From: Asterias rubens
Lineage: Eukaryota
Direction: 5' to 3'
Length of the DNA: 64,000 nt
Assembly (NCBI RefSeq): GCF_902459465.1
Contig: NC_047070.1
Coordinates: forward strand, 11,160,001 to 11,224,000
Below are positions 12,001 through 24,467 of the stretch, piece after piece. Made by a program: the position numbers and the translations under genes. A model generated the notes under the pieces. That model did no database searches. It had not been told where the DNA came from and was given only the letters and a program-made list of their open reading frames with translations. Positions within the stretch are counted from its first letter, which is position 1. Each line of letters begins with the position of its first letter.

Positions 12001-15000
12001 TAAAATTATCAAGAACCAGGCCTCGTTGGGTCTAAACCACTAGTTGAAATCTCTTCACCACACATTGATTCCCTTAATCATAGTCAGTACCTGTATGCAA
12101 CAATCAATTAGTAAAATCAGTTAGGATAAACACTATTAAAAAAAAGTGGCATTGATGCAGAAAAATAGGTAAAGGTTGTTGTACTTTAAGTGGCTAAAAC
12201 AGAACGCTTAAATAGGTTTTGTCTTAAGGCCAGCCTTGAATCTGTCAACATTGCTGGCTTCCCTAAAGTTGCTTTGAAAGTTGGTTCAACAGTTGAGGGC
12301 CCATTTCAGAGAACATCCTATCACCCGCAGAAACCAGCTTCGCTCTGAGGAGGATCAACAGGGTAGTATCACGTGCAGAATGAGTACATGTAGATCTAAC
12401 TACAGGCCTAGTAGCAACAAGATCATGCAGATACACGTACATATAGCAAATACCATTTAAGCATTTAAAAATTAACAAACACACCTTAAATTGAACTCAA
12501 TGGGAGAGTTAAGAGTGCCAAGTGGCAGCTGACCTAACACCCGTTTTAGACAGGTGCCCAGAGTTGTGCTGAACCAAAGATTATATAGCGCCCCAAGGCG
12601 CAAGATGCGGAACTCAGGCTGGAATGTGAAATCCCACTGGACGCCATTTCGGCAAGTAACTATTCTGATACAACAATAGACCTGTGCAGATCAGTGCAGA
12701 CAATGACTATTCCTATCAATGGGAAACAAAACATTCACTTGCTGAAATGGCGCCCATGTGTATTTCACGTTCCAACAAGAGATAAAGCTTCAGTTCCGCA
12801 TCTTGCGCCTTGCGGTGCTCTATAATCTTTGGCCGAACCAAGTTCTGTATTGATAAGTTACTGAAAAGTTTGACGTCTGAAACAGTTATTAAGAGCGACT
12901 GGACAATCATTTATAGACGTTCGTAATGACTGTGGAGCGCCTTGGTTTACATATGTCGATCTCGTCATGGGCTTAACCAAATAAAATGTTATTTTAAGTT
13001 TGCCTGTCTGAAACCAAAATTAATTTGGGTTGACCTAGAGTTGTTCCTACATATTTGGTTCAGGTGACTCTGGCATAAATTTCTTTTTGTTTTGTAGTTC
13101 TGGGCCCAAATTCTTAATTAAGCAGAAACTACTGCTTAGCAGATTACTTTACTAGCCAAAAATTGGTGGGTCATCAGTCACAACAATGTAAACTTTATCG
13201 GCTTTTATCTGCTAAGCGATCTTTGTCTGTGCTTAACAGGTTTTTGTGCTTACTGGCTTTATTAAATTGGGCCTTGAGTATACACTCATTAAAGTGAACA
13301 TTGAACTTACCCCTTTAGAGACCATTCATTTCTGTATCGTCGTCGCCATAAGCCAAGACATTGTAATAAGTGGTTACACTGTGATGTCCGAGTGCACGTC
13401 ATGTATAGGGGCATTTTAAGTTCTAGTTGTGATTACATAGAGTTTGACCTTAGTGGTCATCTTCTCACCAAATGCGATTGAAGACAGTGGCATGGGAGTT
13501 AACACACTTTCATTTGTAGTAGTCCCCCCCCCCCCTTTGTAGTATCCCCCCACCCCAACCAGTCACAATTATGTTACTATAAAAAATGAATAATATGTGA
13601 AGGGGTGCAAGTTTAAGTTTGCAACCCTTCACACATTCATTTTTGAATTACTTACAGAAGCTTCTAAAATGGGAAGCCAGTAGTTCAAAATTAGGTACTT
13701 CCTTATAAACATGGAAAATGATAACCAAGTTTGCAAAAAAATAACCACAGGTTAAACAAAGAAAAATTTGTTTAAAGCCATTATACACTTTCAGAACAGA
13801 AACAAAAACAAGTTCACAGATTTACAAATAACTTACAGGGTTTACAGAAGGTAATGGTGAAAGACTTCTCTTGAAATATTATTCCATGAAATGCTTTACT
13901 TTTTGAGAAAACATTAAAACAATTATCAATTCTCGATAGCGAGAATTGCGGATTTATTTTAAACACATGTCATGACACTGTGAAACGTGCGGAAACCAAG
14001 GGTGGGTTTACCCGTTATTTTCTCCCGACTCCAAAGACCGATTGAGCAAAAATTTTCACAGGTTTGTCATTTTATATATAAGTTGTGATACACGAAGGGT
14101 GGGACTTGGACAATACTGTGTACCGAAAGTGTCCAATGGCTTTAAAGCCATTATACACTTTCAGAACAGGAAAACAAATAAAAGTTCACAGATTTACAAA
14201 TAACTTACGTGCAGAAACAAGGGTGGGTTTTCCCGTTATTTTCTCCCGACTCCAATGACCGATTGAGCCTAAATATTCACAGGTTTGTTATTTTATATAT
14301 AAGTTGTGAAACACGAAGTGTGGGCCTTTGGACAATACTGTTTACCGAAAGTGTTCAATGGCTTTAAGTAGGAGTTTGACCTGCAACCTTTGTATTAATG
14401 AGCTATATCTCGTCCCATTTTGCTGTCTCCATAGTGTGTCAATTTCTTTGTTTGTGGGAGATAGAAAACTAACATTTTCTAGCAAGGAAGGTGCTGCACG
14501 TTGATGCATCTATATTTATTTTCCCAGGATGAGGTGTTACCACGATGTTTCAAACTCTGATCATTTCTTTTGGCAGTTAAAATACACCTTTAGTCTGTTT
14601 AAACACAGCCGGTTTTAAACAGTTTTAACTCATTCGGTTATTACTTTGTTTGTCTGAACGATCTTAAAACTTTGCTGAATCGATTTTAAAACTAGTTAAA
14701 TTGGTCGGCAAGATTTGAACTATAAACCACTTTGGTTTTATCTTTAAGCATGGTGTGTGGGCAGAATAAAAGCAAACATATCTGGTTTTAAATCCTCAGA
14801 GGTGACCCGGATGTTGTTGTGTTAGGTCACAGTACTGAGTGACCTCTTAAAAAAAGAAGATGAACCGTATCGGGTTTAACTTCTAGCTGTCTGAAGCAAG
14901 GTTGGTTTTTACGGTTTCCCACCCACACCCAGGCTTTTCGTAAAGTTTGAGTCTCCCTTTAGTGTGCTGTCTGGACATGGCCCAAGTTTATAATACAACC

Positions 15001-17043
15001 ACTAAACATGCTTTTGTTGAAAGAACTAACAGAAATTTGGTTGGAAAGGAGGGATTTGACTGAACAATTCTTGCAACTGCATGTGGACTTAATAACAAAA
15101 CTTGCCGACTACTTTTCTTAGTTGAGTTCACTAGTCAAGTCGGTTTTACCAAATGGACAAAAAGAGAAGGAAAGCCCCTCGACTCAAGTTTTATTCTGAT
15201 TTTCTCTTACAGACAAAACCTCTAGGTGTTATTTGGGGTAAATTCGAGCAGTACACCACTACCAACACCATCATGTTTGACGACCTACGAAGGAACTTCC
15301 TAATGAACCCACAAAATGGTCTCAAGGTAAGCTTGTCTTTTGGTTCAGCAAAAAGTTTAACTATTGCAACATCAGAGGTGATTTGAGGCATTGCATTGTG
15401 AGGCAGAGTTGTTGACTCGATTCATGTGAATGGGACCAGAGTCAGACTGGACGTGCTATTGTTTACTTGAGATTTTAATTGTAACTTTCAGTATTGACTT
15501 TTGACTTCACTTGGACTTGCATATAATGACTTGTTACAAACGCAAGTCAGAAGCTACTTTGGCAATTCCATAGGCTTTGACTTTCAGCTTATGTTTGGTC
15601 TAAACACCTTGATGCACAAACGTAGCTGCGGCACAAGCATGATCTGCTCTGACTGAGATTAAATAGAATGAGTACATGTAATAATAATAATAGTAACTTG
15701 CATCACTCAGTTTAATGCTCAAGGCGCTCCAGCATCCAGTATTTTCATGCAAGATATGTGGGACTATGTTCAAATTATGAGAGCTACTTCTTTATGACGC
15801 AATATGCAGCCAAATAAACCAGGAAACCATGGTGAATGGCTTCTCTTCGATAAGTACAAGGGGGTTATTTTATGTGCGATTTACAACACACGGGACCAAC
15901 AAAGCGTCATGGTTAATTGTCTTGCTTAAAGCCATTGGACACTTTCGGTACAGAACAAAAATTAAAAGTTCACAGTTTTACAAATAACTTACAAGGTTTA
16001 CAGAAGGTAATGGTGAAAGACTTCTCTTGAAAATACTATTCAATGAAATGCTTTACTTTAAAAAAAACCATTAAAACAATATCAATTCTCGATATCAAGA
16101 ATTATGCATTTATTTTAAACACATGTCATGTCACGGCGAAACGTGCGGAACAAGGGTGGGTTTTCCCGTTATTTTCTCCCGACTCGGATGACAGATTGAG
16201 CCTAAATCTTCACAGGTTTGTTATTTTATATAAGTTGTGATACACGAAGTGTGGGCCTTGGACATTACTGTTTACCGAAAGTGTCCAATGGCTTTAAAGG
16301 TACTGGACACTATGGGTTAATACTCAAATTAGTTGTAAGCTTAAAAACTTACTTGGGTAACAAGGAATGGCGTGCCATCGACAGTATCAAACATAGTGAG
16401 AAACGGCTCCCTCTGAAGTAATGTAGTTTTTGATAAAACAGAACTTTTCAGCCAATCATTTGAATTCATTTTGAGACCCAACGTGTGAGTTCTCGAAATC
16501 AAGCATGAAAGCAAACAACTTTGTGTGACTAGGGTGTTTTTTCTTCCATTATTATCATGCAACTTTGACGACCACTTGAGTTCAGACCAAATTTTCACAG
16601 GTATGTTATTTTGTGCATATGTTGAGATACACCAAGTGAGAAGACTGGTTTTTGACAATTACCAAAGGTGTCCAGTTTCTTTAAGGACTTAGGTGTCACA
16701 ACTGAGACTCGAACCCACTCTCTATTGATCAGAAACACCAGAGTTTGAGTCTGGTGCACTTAACCGCTCAACCATGACACCCCACCATACACAAGCCACA
16801 GGGACGTCATCATGGGTACAGTGATGATGACGTCAGGGTAAATTTTCTGATATATGGGCAATTTTTTAAACCACTTTTTCCACTCTGTAGATCCGGCCAT
16901 TTCGTCAAGCTCACAAAAATCGAGATAAGGACAAAGAGCTGTTGAGACTTGCTCGGTATCTGGAGGACATCTCAAGCCTGGACGATCTGAGCCACTTGAA
17001 CCACAGACAGTGGGAGTCCTACAAACCCCCGCCAAAATCTTGA
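3058..17043 (+). CDS. UBLCP1: Ubiquitin-like domain-containing CTD phosphatase 1; 7 coding exons: 3058-3223, 4730-4907, 7380-7495, 9115-9213, 11344-11480, 15213-15326, 16891-17043
   Basis: All six introns are GT-AG with consistent phases (1,2,1,1,0,0), giving 320 aa with no stops. N-terminal UBL domain ([12 protein letters not shown]...[14 protein letters not shown]), HAD phosphatase motif [16 protein letters not shown], then RPYLHEFL...[48 protein letters not shown]. Confidence 0.97.
3244..3609. mobile_element. MITE with 25-bp TIRs in UBLCP1 intron 1, containing a nested foldback MITE at 3334-3521
   Basis: Outer TIR aattttccgtatggcgccaccactt / aagtggtggcgccattcggaaaatt. Inner TIR ggggtggatttcacaaaggtagtcctaacttaggactagtcc / ggactagtcctaagttaggactacctttgtgaaatccacctc. 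Confidence 0.8.
4967..5600 (-). mobile_element. 3' end of an L2/CR1-clade LINE, interrupted by a MITE at ~5012-5381
   Basis: Minus-strand [20 protein letters not shown] motif and a gcgctttataaaaacgg(tta)n tail. The inserted element has TIRs ggccaagtaaaaaaa...acatgtttc / gaaacatgtt...ttttactcggcc. Confidence 0.75.
5601..6320 (-). mobile_element. 5'-truncated L2/CR1-clade LINE (ORF2 C-terminus plus 3' tail)
   Basis: ORF 5839-6306 reads [15 protein letters not shown]...[10 protein letters not shown]...[19 protein letters not shown]...YTPSRNLRS...WGDRSF, followed by a gcgccttgaac...attacaagtc(tta)n tail. Confidence 0.9.
7844..8224. mobile_element. MITE family A copy (diverged)
   Basis: Begins ...tactggacactattggtaattgtcaaagaccagtc and ends gtgttcactgcct followed by TTAA; interior is the reverse complement of 1564-1949. 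Confidence 0.8.
9690..9960 (+). mobile_element. Degenerate tRNA-derived SINE
   Basis: SINE-like head (gagcatcgaacccaag...atgggttcatatcctggtcatgac.cttgtg.ctt), similar to the reverse-strand head at 16683-16781. Confidence 0.45.
9965..10432. repeat. Interspersed repeat with an internal hairpin; second copy at ~11690-12075
   Basis: Both copies share attggtcgagag, cagttgtgccacatca, atagctggaggggtgttgtgttgaaagaaat, aggcctggttcttgataatttacctc...aaa.tatcaaga..caggcctcg and attgattccctta. Confidence 0.75.
10568..10611 (+). ncRNA. Decayed minimal type I hammerhead ribozyme motif in a Penelope-like LTR fragment
   Basis: gtctc-CTGACGA-t-gacta-aagcaagc-tagtc-GGAACATT-gagac. Stem I (gtctc/gagac) and stem II (gacta/tagtc) pair and CUGANGA is intact; the canonical GAAACGT is altered. 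A TATA box (tataaatagg) lies ~30 nt upstream. Confidence 0.55.
10844..11173. other. Assembly gap (330 N) within UBLCP1 intron 4
   Basis: Run of n characters. Confidence 1.
11690..12075. repeat. Second copy of the 9965-10432 interspersed repeat
   Basis: Same conserved blocks in the same orientation. Confidence 0.75.
12190..12490 (-). mobile_element. Degenerate L2/CR1-clade LINE 3' fragment
   Basis: Minus-strand [10 protein letters not shown]...LHDLV..RPVVRST..SA...LL....[21 protein letters not shown] matches the L2 ORF2 C-terminal pattern seen at 5839. Confidence 0.65.
12574..12832. mobile_element. MITE with ~40-bp imperfect TIRs
   Basis: ccaaagattatatagcgccccaaggcgcaagatgcggaact / agttccgcatcttgcgccttgcggtgctctataatctttgg. 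Confidence 0.75.
13776..14363. mobile_element. Two head-to-tail copies of TTAA MITE family B (13776-14141 full; 14146-14363 internally deleted) sharing one TTAA
   Basis: TIR agccatt(a/g)(t/g)acactttc / gaaagtgtccaatggct, with TTAA at 13772, 14142 and 14364. Confidence 0.85.
15930..16680. mobile_element. MITE family B (15930-16293) abutting MITE family A (16298-16680) at a shared TTAA
   Basis: TTAA at 15926, 16294 and 16681, with the TIRs of each family intact. Confidence 0.85.
16683..16781 (-). mobile_element. tRNA-derived SINE head
   Basis: Reverse strand reads tggttgagcggttaag (A box)...gtgggttcgagtctc (B box)...tgacacctaagtcctt; no complete cloverleaf. Confidence 0.65.
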
Positions 17044-18914
17044 GGAGAGGTTACTATATCGAAGCCTGTGCTCACGACTATTCACGACCACGTAATTTAT
17101 TTACACAATCAGACTCAGCAGTGACACATTCCTTCAATCCTTTCAGCGTGAATTTGACTATATTGCAGCTGTGGCAAACAATATGCTATGGAGATAGTAT
17201 CCCAGATTTATGGAGATAAGTCCCGACTAGTGTTAAAGTCGTTACAAATTCAGGTGTGACTAGTGGAGTAGTAAATTTCACTGGTGCCCAGGCCTAGTAT
17301 CAAGTCTGTACAAACATATGTACATGTAGGAAATTGCCTCAAACCATGGTGCTTTCGGCTGTCAAAACATGACATGGCAATAACAGGGTGTTTCAAAATT
17401 GAAGGCTTCGACAGTGGATATGGCGGTTTTCATTTGGGCTTTAGTCCCACAGTGGGTGTGTCAGTAGGTATACACATTCAAACCAGGGACCTATAACAAA
17501 AGGGGATAATGGGGTCCATGGCTCGGGAAAGGTCCATGGCTCGGGAAAGGTCCACAGTTGGAAAACGTGTAACATGCCCAAGTTGCTCCATAAACGTTGC
17601 GCAAGTGGACTTACACAGTTGCGTAAAGTTTGGTGAAATCGGCTGCTTGCCTGTGTGTCACCCCAATATCTTAAGTTAACATGGCAAAGGAAGTTGATTC
17701 AAAAGACAGCACTACCAGACAACATTTCTACACAATTCTCGGTGTTGGGGACAAAATCGCCTACCCAACCAGATTTCTACAAAGTGATGATTTCTAATGT
17801 TGTCTTATCAGCCAATGGGCGCCCCAGAAGTGGCTTGAATCGGACATGGTGTTATTATGCTCTTACGCCTGTGATCTAGGCTTTGTTGAATGATCTTATG
17901 CTTTTAATTTGAATGCCATTTCACTGTAAGCTTTTTGTAGGGTGGAACAACTGTATACATAGATGTACATCTCTGTCTACTGTGTACATGCAGTCACTAC
18001 AATATCATATAATAGGCTGGAACAGTGTATCTACCATTCAAAACCACATATGGATGGTATAGAACTCTTGCATGCACCCTCACAGGGGTCACAAAGTCCT
18101 CTAACTAGGGTCAAAAAGTGCTCTCGCTGGGTTCAAAAAGTGCTCTCACTGGGGTCAAAAGAAGGCAACTTATTGAACGACAGATGTTCTGTGTGTGAAA
18201 AATTTGGTGCATGAGCTCAGCGTCCCTGTAGCATTTTGCATTACGCAAGGGGTCTGTGGAAAGACAGTAGGAGGGTTGAGTTTTTACTGTTTCGATGGCT
18301 GATGCATTCACTACATGATGTTATATTCCATGCTTGTATAGTTTACCTATCATTCAAAACAACAGGTAGCGATGTCGAATGGTCAAACAGTAGGAGGGTT
18401 GACTGTGCACTGTGTGGATGCTTTCACCAAATGATACTACAATGCATTCACTCAAACCCACAGTTAATGATATTGAATGGTCAGTTAGTAGGAGGGTTGA
18501 CTGCTAACTGTGTAGATGCATGCACAAAATGGTCGCTTGTACCACATGATATCATATCGCGGGCTGGCATAGTTTATCATTAAAAAAAATCATTAAAGGG
18601 CAAATTATCATTAAAGGGCAAATTATAGAAGGGTTGACATGTTGTATCGTATTGCAGAAAGGCAACGGAGTTCATATTTTCACAGGTTTGTTGTGTTATG
18701 TTTATGTTGCGATACACAAGTGATAAGACTGGTCTTTGGCAAATACCAAAGGTGTCCAGTGGCTTTAATACTATTTGCGAATGTGATCGCGTAAGGAGTA
18801 TTGATGTGACAGATTCGCAACGAATAATTCACCACTGTTGAGTTTTGATGACAATCGTCAACACTCACTTTGCATTTGCATTCGCATGATTCAAAACCTG
18901 GCTTAAGGTGTCAG

Positions 18915-20364
18915 TAACGTCCGTCGATATATCGAAAATACTCAAAAACTCGATATTTTTTTGACATCGAAATCGCCGATGTCACTTTTATAATCATATC
19001 GTAATATCGGATTTTCGATATATATCGAAAAAATTTCGATGTTTTGAAAATTTCGATGTTCCTAAATGATATCGAAAATACCAAAAGAGTGTCCGATTAT
19101 TTAAAAGAAATCTGTGTTTGAGTATTAGAAAAGTCGTCGTCGTTATGTAGTTTCATCATTTTGAGTTGCCCTATTAAATAAAATACGTTTTACAAGCAAG
19201 TATGTCTGCATGTTCTTTGCGTTTTCGCCATCAGCCGCCGGCCCGCCGCAGAAGTTCACGACCCCGCGGCGAGCGCACGGTAAAACCTCAAAAGAAACCG
19301 CCGCTGCTGCCCTAGCCTATCGGCTGTTTAAGATGCAACTTCCCATTGTGCATGTGATCAAAATCAATGCGTCTTCATCACAGCATTATTGACTGTGCAA
19401 AAATACCCCGCAAAAACTTCCCCGAATCAACAAGACAAAACAAAACAAGGAAGAAAACAATCTTACAATAATCTTTCCGAGGAACTATGCTTCGCAGACC
19501 ACGCTGTCGGCGGCTTTTGCGTGCGTACCAGCGAAGACTATGCTGTTGTACGGTTTAAACGTGCACACCAGCGTGTATGGTTATTGCAATTCGGGGGGAA
19601 AACCCGTTTGCCCAAGCATGCGCAGACACATGCAGTCTTTGGTCAAGGCGGTATCGCGTGATGCACTGCGTTATTTCGACAATAGAGGGCGTTCTAGCAT
19701 TCAATGTTTCTTGCCTTGGTTATAGAATGCAAAGTAAAAAGACTACGAGCCTTTATTGGAGACTATGTGACTGCATGCTGCGTGCGTTGTATATTGTGAT
19801 CGCTGAGTGGTAGGTCTGTGTTTTGCGGGACTTTCTAGTGATTTTTTTTCGATGATTATCTCAACCATTTTCAACCGTAAAGGTAGTCCGCGCGCCCGTC
19901 GGACAACTTGATTGTCAATGCATCGGCAACTGACGTCAATGCATCGGCAACTGACACCTTAATGTCGGCGAGTCACGCAACTCACAAAGGCTCTGTGTCA
20001 TTTTGAGACGGCCAATCATGGCCAATCACGAATCGAGAATTGTGGTGAGCGTTCACCAATTGGCCAAGCCAGCGGTAGCGGCGATCATACTTTGTTGTAA
20101 AACCAGAAATAATCGGGGCGGGACTACGCAATCTGAAATTGTTTGGACTACAAACAAGTTCGGGGGATCAGACATAAACAAGTTGAAATGTAACCCTATT
20201 AAACTGTCAGTCTATGGTATAAATATTTCTACCTCCATGAGTATACCAAGTGCTGTTTTTAGGCTTCCATCTTGCGCGCGGGAAATACTCGATATATCGA
20301 GTATACTCGATATTAAATTTTCGATATATCGATAATGGGAAAAAACCGACATCGACGGACGTTA
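18915..20364. mobile_element. Non-autonomous hAT-like DNA transposon, 1450 bp
   Basis: 14-bp perfect TIR taacgtccgtcgat / atcgacggacgtta; 8-bp TSD ggtgtcag at 18907-18914 and 20365-20372; dense (a)tatcga subterminal repeats at both ends. Confidence 0.9.
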
Positions 20365-20637
20365 GGTGTCAGTGTTGTAAATATTGTACAGTAACTGGTT
20401 GGAGATGAATAAATAGAGCATCGACTCCTTGAGCATTAGGATGAACGTTTGGACAGCTTTTCTTGCCTATGACTTTTACTTTCAGACCAAGAGTAATACG
20501 CAGACCTTAAATCCTAGTTAGTGCTAAAATTCACCATTAAACGTCTTAGTTCATGCACCCATCATATCACCCTATCACTCCATGGAATAACTAAAAGTGG
20601 GCGGGTTGAATACAGCATTTCCAATGGGACAAACAAA

Positions 20638-20780
20638 GGGTGCGTTCGTGTAGCTTCCCTGGGTCGACCCGGTGTGTGTGGCATTTTTTTTTTATAATGT
20701 AATTATCTGCACACGTTCGTCCTGGGAAAAAAACCCGCCACACACCGGGGTTGACCCGGGGAAGCTAAACGAACGCACCC
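20638..20780. mobile_element. Palindromic PIF/Harbinger-like MITE
   Basis: gggtgcgttcg.tagcttcc...gtcgacc.ggtgtgtg.gg / cc..cacacc.gg.ttgacc...gaagcta.acgaacgcaccc, with a 3-bp aaa direct repeat on both sides. Confidence 0.75.
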
Positions 20781-23199
20781 AAATATCGCAAGGGCCGGGT
20801 TTAGTCAATCATTTGAATAATTTTTAGGGCAGATAATAACAAATCACCAGGAGTAAGTAAATAATTTTTGATCAATTTCGTACAATTTCGGCTTAATGTT
20901 TGCGCTCCGTGCGTCACGTGACGTATAGTGGGTAATAGATGCATGTAAACAAATGAGGCGTGCTGCATATAAACGTGCGTTAAAAAGACATGGTTACTGT
21001 TTTAAATTAAAACAATAATCATGTCTTTTTTAATTTTTGGCTCAAAAAGACTTAATTCTCGAAATCAATGAAGAATATTTGGTTTCGGAGTTTGTAACAT
21101 GATACCTTAACGTGTGGCTGAACAATGCCAGTAATGGGAAACCACTAAATTCCACGAGAATGTTCACATGATGTCGTGTTTGTGCACGGAAAGTGTGGTT
21201 TTATACATTGCTCTAATTGTAATGATGGATCAATAAAAATTTCATTAAGAAGCTACAAATCCCTTTATTTTCACCCTTAAATTATTTTGTTAGAAGCTTA
21301 GAGTATTGGGTTATAAGGAGTCGGACAACTGACCATGAATTTGATGCTTCAGTTTTTATGGTTTATTAACCATGTTTTTAAGATGCGTAAATTTTCTTGG
21401 CTTATGAACCTAGATTTGTAAATGTTTTTTGTATGTTCATGGTTTGTAAACCATAAACTTATACACAACAAATACTTTACTGGTATGTAAACCATAACAG
21501 GATTTGGCAACAGTTTCTATGGTTTACATCTAATTGTTGTAAACCATGGTAAAAACATACCTTAAAAGTGTCAAACAATTAATGGACAAACGGCGCGTAC
21601 AAACTTTGATCTCGTGCACGCAGAGCTGCATGGGTTTGTACAGAGAAGAAGGCAAAGTAAATTCGTGCACGTTATATCATAATTATGGAGAAGCCAAGAC
21701 ACAATTAGTAATGGATTATTTCAATGTTTAACCCGCGATGTTCTAGGCCTAGGAAATTCCGATAATTAATTTCGCCTTAATAAAATAAAAACTCGATCTG
21801 CACCTTCAAACGGGAGCGTGAGGCCATTATTTTTCTAGTCGTGATGAAAGTACCGGGTGTGCGTGTCAAAGGACTAGGACGTCCGATTTGTTGACGTCTC
21901 CAATTGTAATAAGGCTTGTAAACATTGGTTAAACCCCGATGTCAGCTTTATAAAGGCACCTAAATGATTCATACTCTTAGCAGTTCATATTTAGTGATAG
22001 TGAATGGTAAAACTATAACTATTTCGCCGGGATCATAAACCCCATGCTCTGTTGACGCGCGCACGTACGTACGCTGACGACTACATGATGACTACATTCT
22101 ATAATGCAGAATAAATAAATAACTAAACAGCCTAGTGGTCATCGATCGTAACTTCTTCACTGAAGGTCTCGTGTTTATTTCAAAAATACTGGAACCCCCA
22201 TGACCGGGCTAGCTTTAATATTATTCAGGGGCATTATGTGATAGGGGCAGTTGATCAACAAAGGTTTTGACACAAATGAGATACCACCAAGCTGGCACTG
22301 TGGGCATTAATACCGCACCTTCAGAAAACGGGCCGACATTTCTCATTACATGCAGAGATTATTAGTCAACTAAAAAGATCTCACATTGCGTATAGTCGAT
22401 AGTAATAATTAAAACTCATCCATGGACCCTAGTATCGTAAGGATACACACATTTGCCAGTTGTGCAGCGCTATGCAGTGCTGAAGTGAATGATCCGGTGC
22501 AGAAAAAGAAGAAATCCAGAGATCCGTTAAATCTAGCTTTATCTGTTACCAACAAAACATTATACATAATAACAGGGCGCTTTTATAAAGCACTGATGGG
22601 GATATCTATACATAAACACATTTTCCATGAATCCACATGACACAATTGACAGCGTAGCGGCGAATTAGTATTGATGCATCTAATTTGAATCTCCCCCCTG
22701 AAGTTTTCATATCTTGACGCATTCATTTCCAGCATTCACTATGTATCTGTCAAATTAATTTAAACTAATAAACTTTCCACGTTGCAGTTATTATTAGTAG
22801 GCCTGCATTTCGTTCTTGTGTAATCATTAATAATAATTATTACTCATAACCATCTGGCCCACTTTCATAGAGCTGCTTAAACAACATTTTGGCTAAGAAA
22901 ATCACTGCTTACATAAATAAAATTAGATTGGCGGCCAAGACTCCACCCAATTATTGTAATGCGTATCATATTAATTTTGCTTAGCAGCTCTGTCCCCTGA
23001 TTGTTTATATGCGGGTTTTTGTTTGTTTTTGTTCCTTTTCCCATTATGCCTATCTTCGGTGTCTGCATTTCCCTAGTTATTTAAAAAAAAAATTATTACT
23101 AGATTAATTCTTCCTACATGATTGTATGCATATCAATATTTTTTTTACCAGTGAATAAAATTATCCAAACTGACCACCACGAAACCTATTTAGCGCCCT

Positions 23200-23875
23200 C
23201 ATACGTGGCCCTCAACAACAACAACAACAACAACAAAATGCTTGGTTGGTATCCTGACGACTAGAGTGTAGCTCTTATGTAGCCTAATCCATAACTTTAG
23301 ATGCACCCGACTAAAGCTAGTGTTGAGAGGGATGCCATGTGGGCAGCATTCTGCAGCTGTGTGTGTGGTGGATGGGCGGGTGTGTGCACACCGTCGTCAT
23401 GACTTTATTAGTACGGCTGGTTTCAGTACTAAGAAAACCAACCCGCTGGCTCTGTTTAAAGCCTCAAAGTGCGAAAAACACAAAAGTCGGATCTTCTAAA
23501 ATGACTGCTTTCTCTTCACGATAAAATGACTCGAGTGAGGGGTTACGAACCGTAAACCGAAGCCGGACTTGAAGAAGATTCACACAGGAACAAGGGAAGC
23601 GGCGACCGCCCTTCGTGCCCGGGATTTCTCACACAGTCATCATGGCTCTAGAGTCTATGGTCGGGGTTGGTGCATTTTGTGATGTCCGCGAAGGCGAATT
23701 TCTGACACAATGACCCAGTGACCACCAAGCAATGCAGGGTTTTCGACTGAATTTCCGTCTGACCAGTGACTGGTGTAGTTTCTCCTTCTTCCAAGAATCC
23801 ATGGGTACACTTCCATGGGTGTACACACATCAGCAGCAAGCTTTGCCAATGTTGCCCTTGGCCGTTGGGTAAGTC
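23200..23875 (+). other. Possible first exon of an unidentified plus-strand transcript
   Basis: GC/CpG-enriched, non-repetitive-looking block ending in a consensus donor TGG|GTAAGT at 23868/23869. No recognisable protein and no downstream partner exon found. Confidence 0.3.
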
Positions 23876-24014
23876 ATATTGTTATTTTTTTTTAAAGTAA
23901 ATGCTTGAATTCCTCTTTGCTTCTTGAGTACAATTTGGATAACTTTCCGTATGGCGCCACCACCTTTTCACTAAATTTTACAAAAAGAGATATTGACGTC
24001 AATTAGATAATATC

Positions 24015-24460
24015 CCAGCACCCCAGGCACACAACTCTGTTCTGACGTCATATTATATATTAATGGTTGATTTTGAGTCGCAATGTCAGATTACCAAAGA
24101 GTAAAATACAAGTCAGATTGGCGACAAGTATCAAACTTAAATTAATAACGTCATACTCATATGGACGTTGTAAGGTAACCGAAAACGAACGTAACATTTT
24201 AGGTAGATATATAACTAAATAAATAGTAAGGTCATTGACCAGACGTTGCTTGAAGTAATTTTATTGTCATAGTTTAACCATCGTTTTATTACAACAGTCT
24301 GACCATAATAAGACGTCGCATATGTTTGTATTTTAAACAGATATAGTAACATCAGTGAGCAGACGTTGCATAGACGTCTTTTGTATGTCCCTTTGTAACC
24401 AAATTAATTGTATTGAGCCGACCATAAACAAACATCATATTATTGTTTGTATTATAACCA
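24015..24460. mobile_element. CMC/EnSpm-type terminus (CCCAG start) with gacgtc/gacgtt subterminal repeats
   Basis: Starts cccagcacccc aggcacaca and is followed by about 8 scattered (a)gacgt(c/t) motifs; partner end not found. Confidence 0.5.
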
Positions 24461-24467
24461 GTTAGTA

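Noticed and set aside
16683-16781. Possible tRNA gene
   Set aside because: It has A and B boxes but no complete cloverleaf, and it continues into SINE-type sequence.
17284-18868. Short ORFs and weak ~110-120-bp repeats (agtaggagggttga) downstream of UBLCP1
   Set aside because: No protein motifs; probably 3' UTR or decayed repeats, too degenerate to classify.
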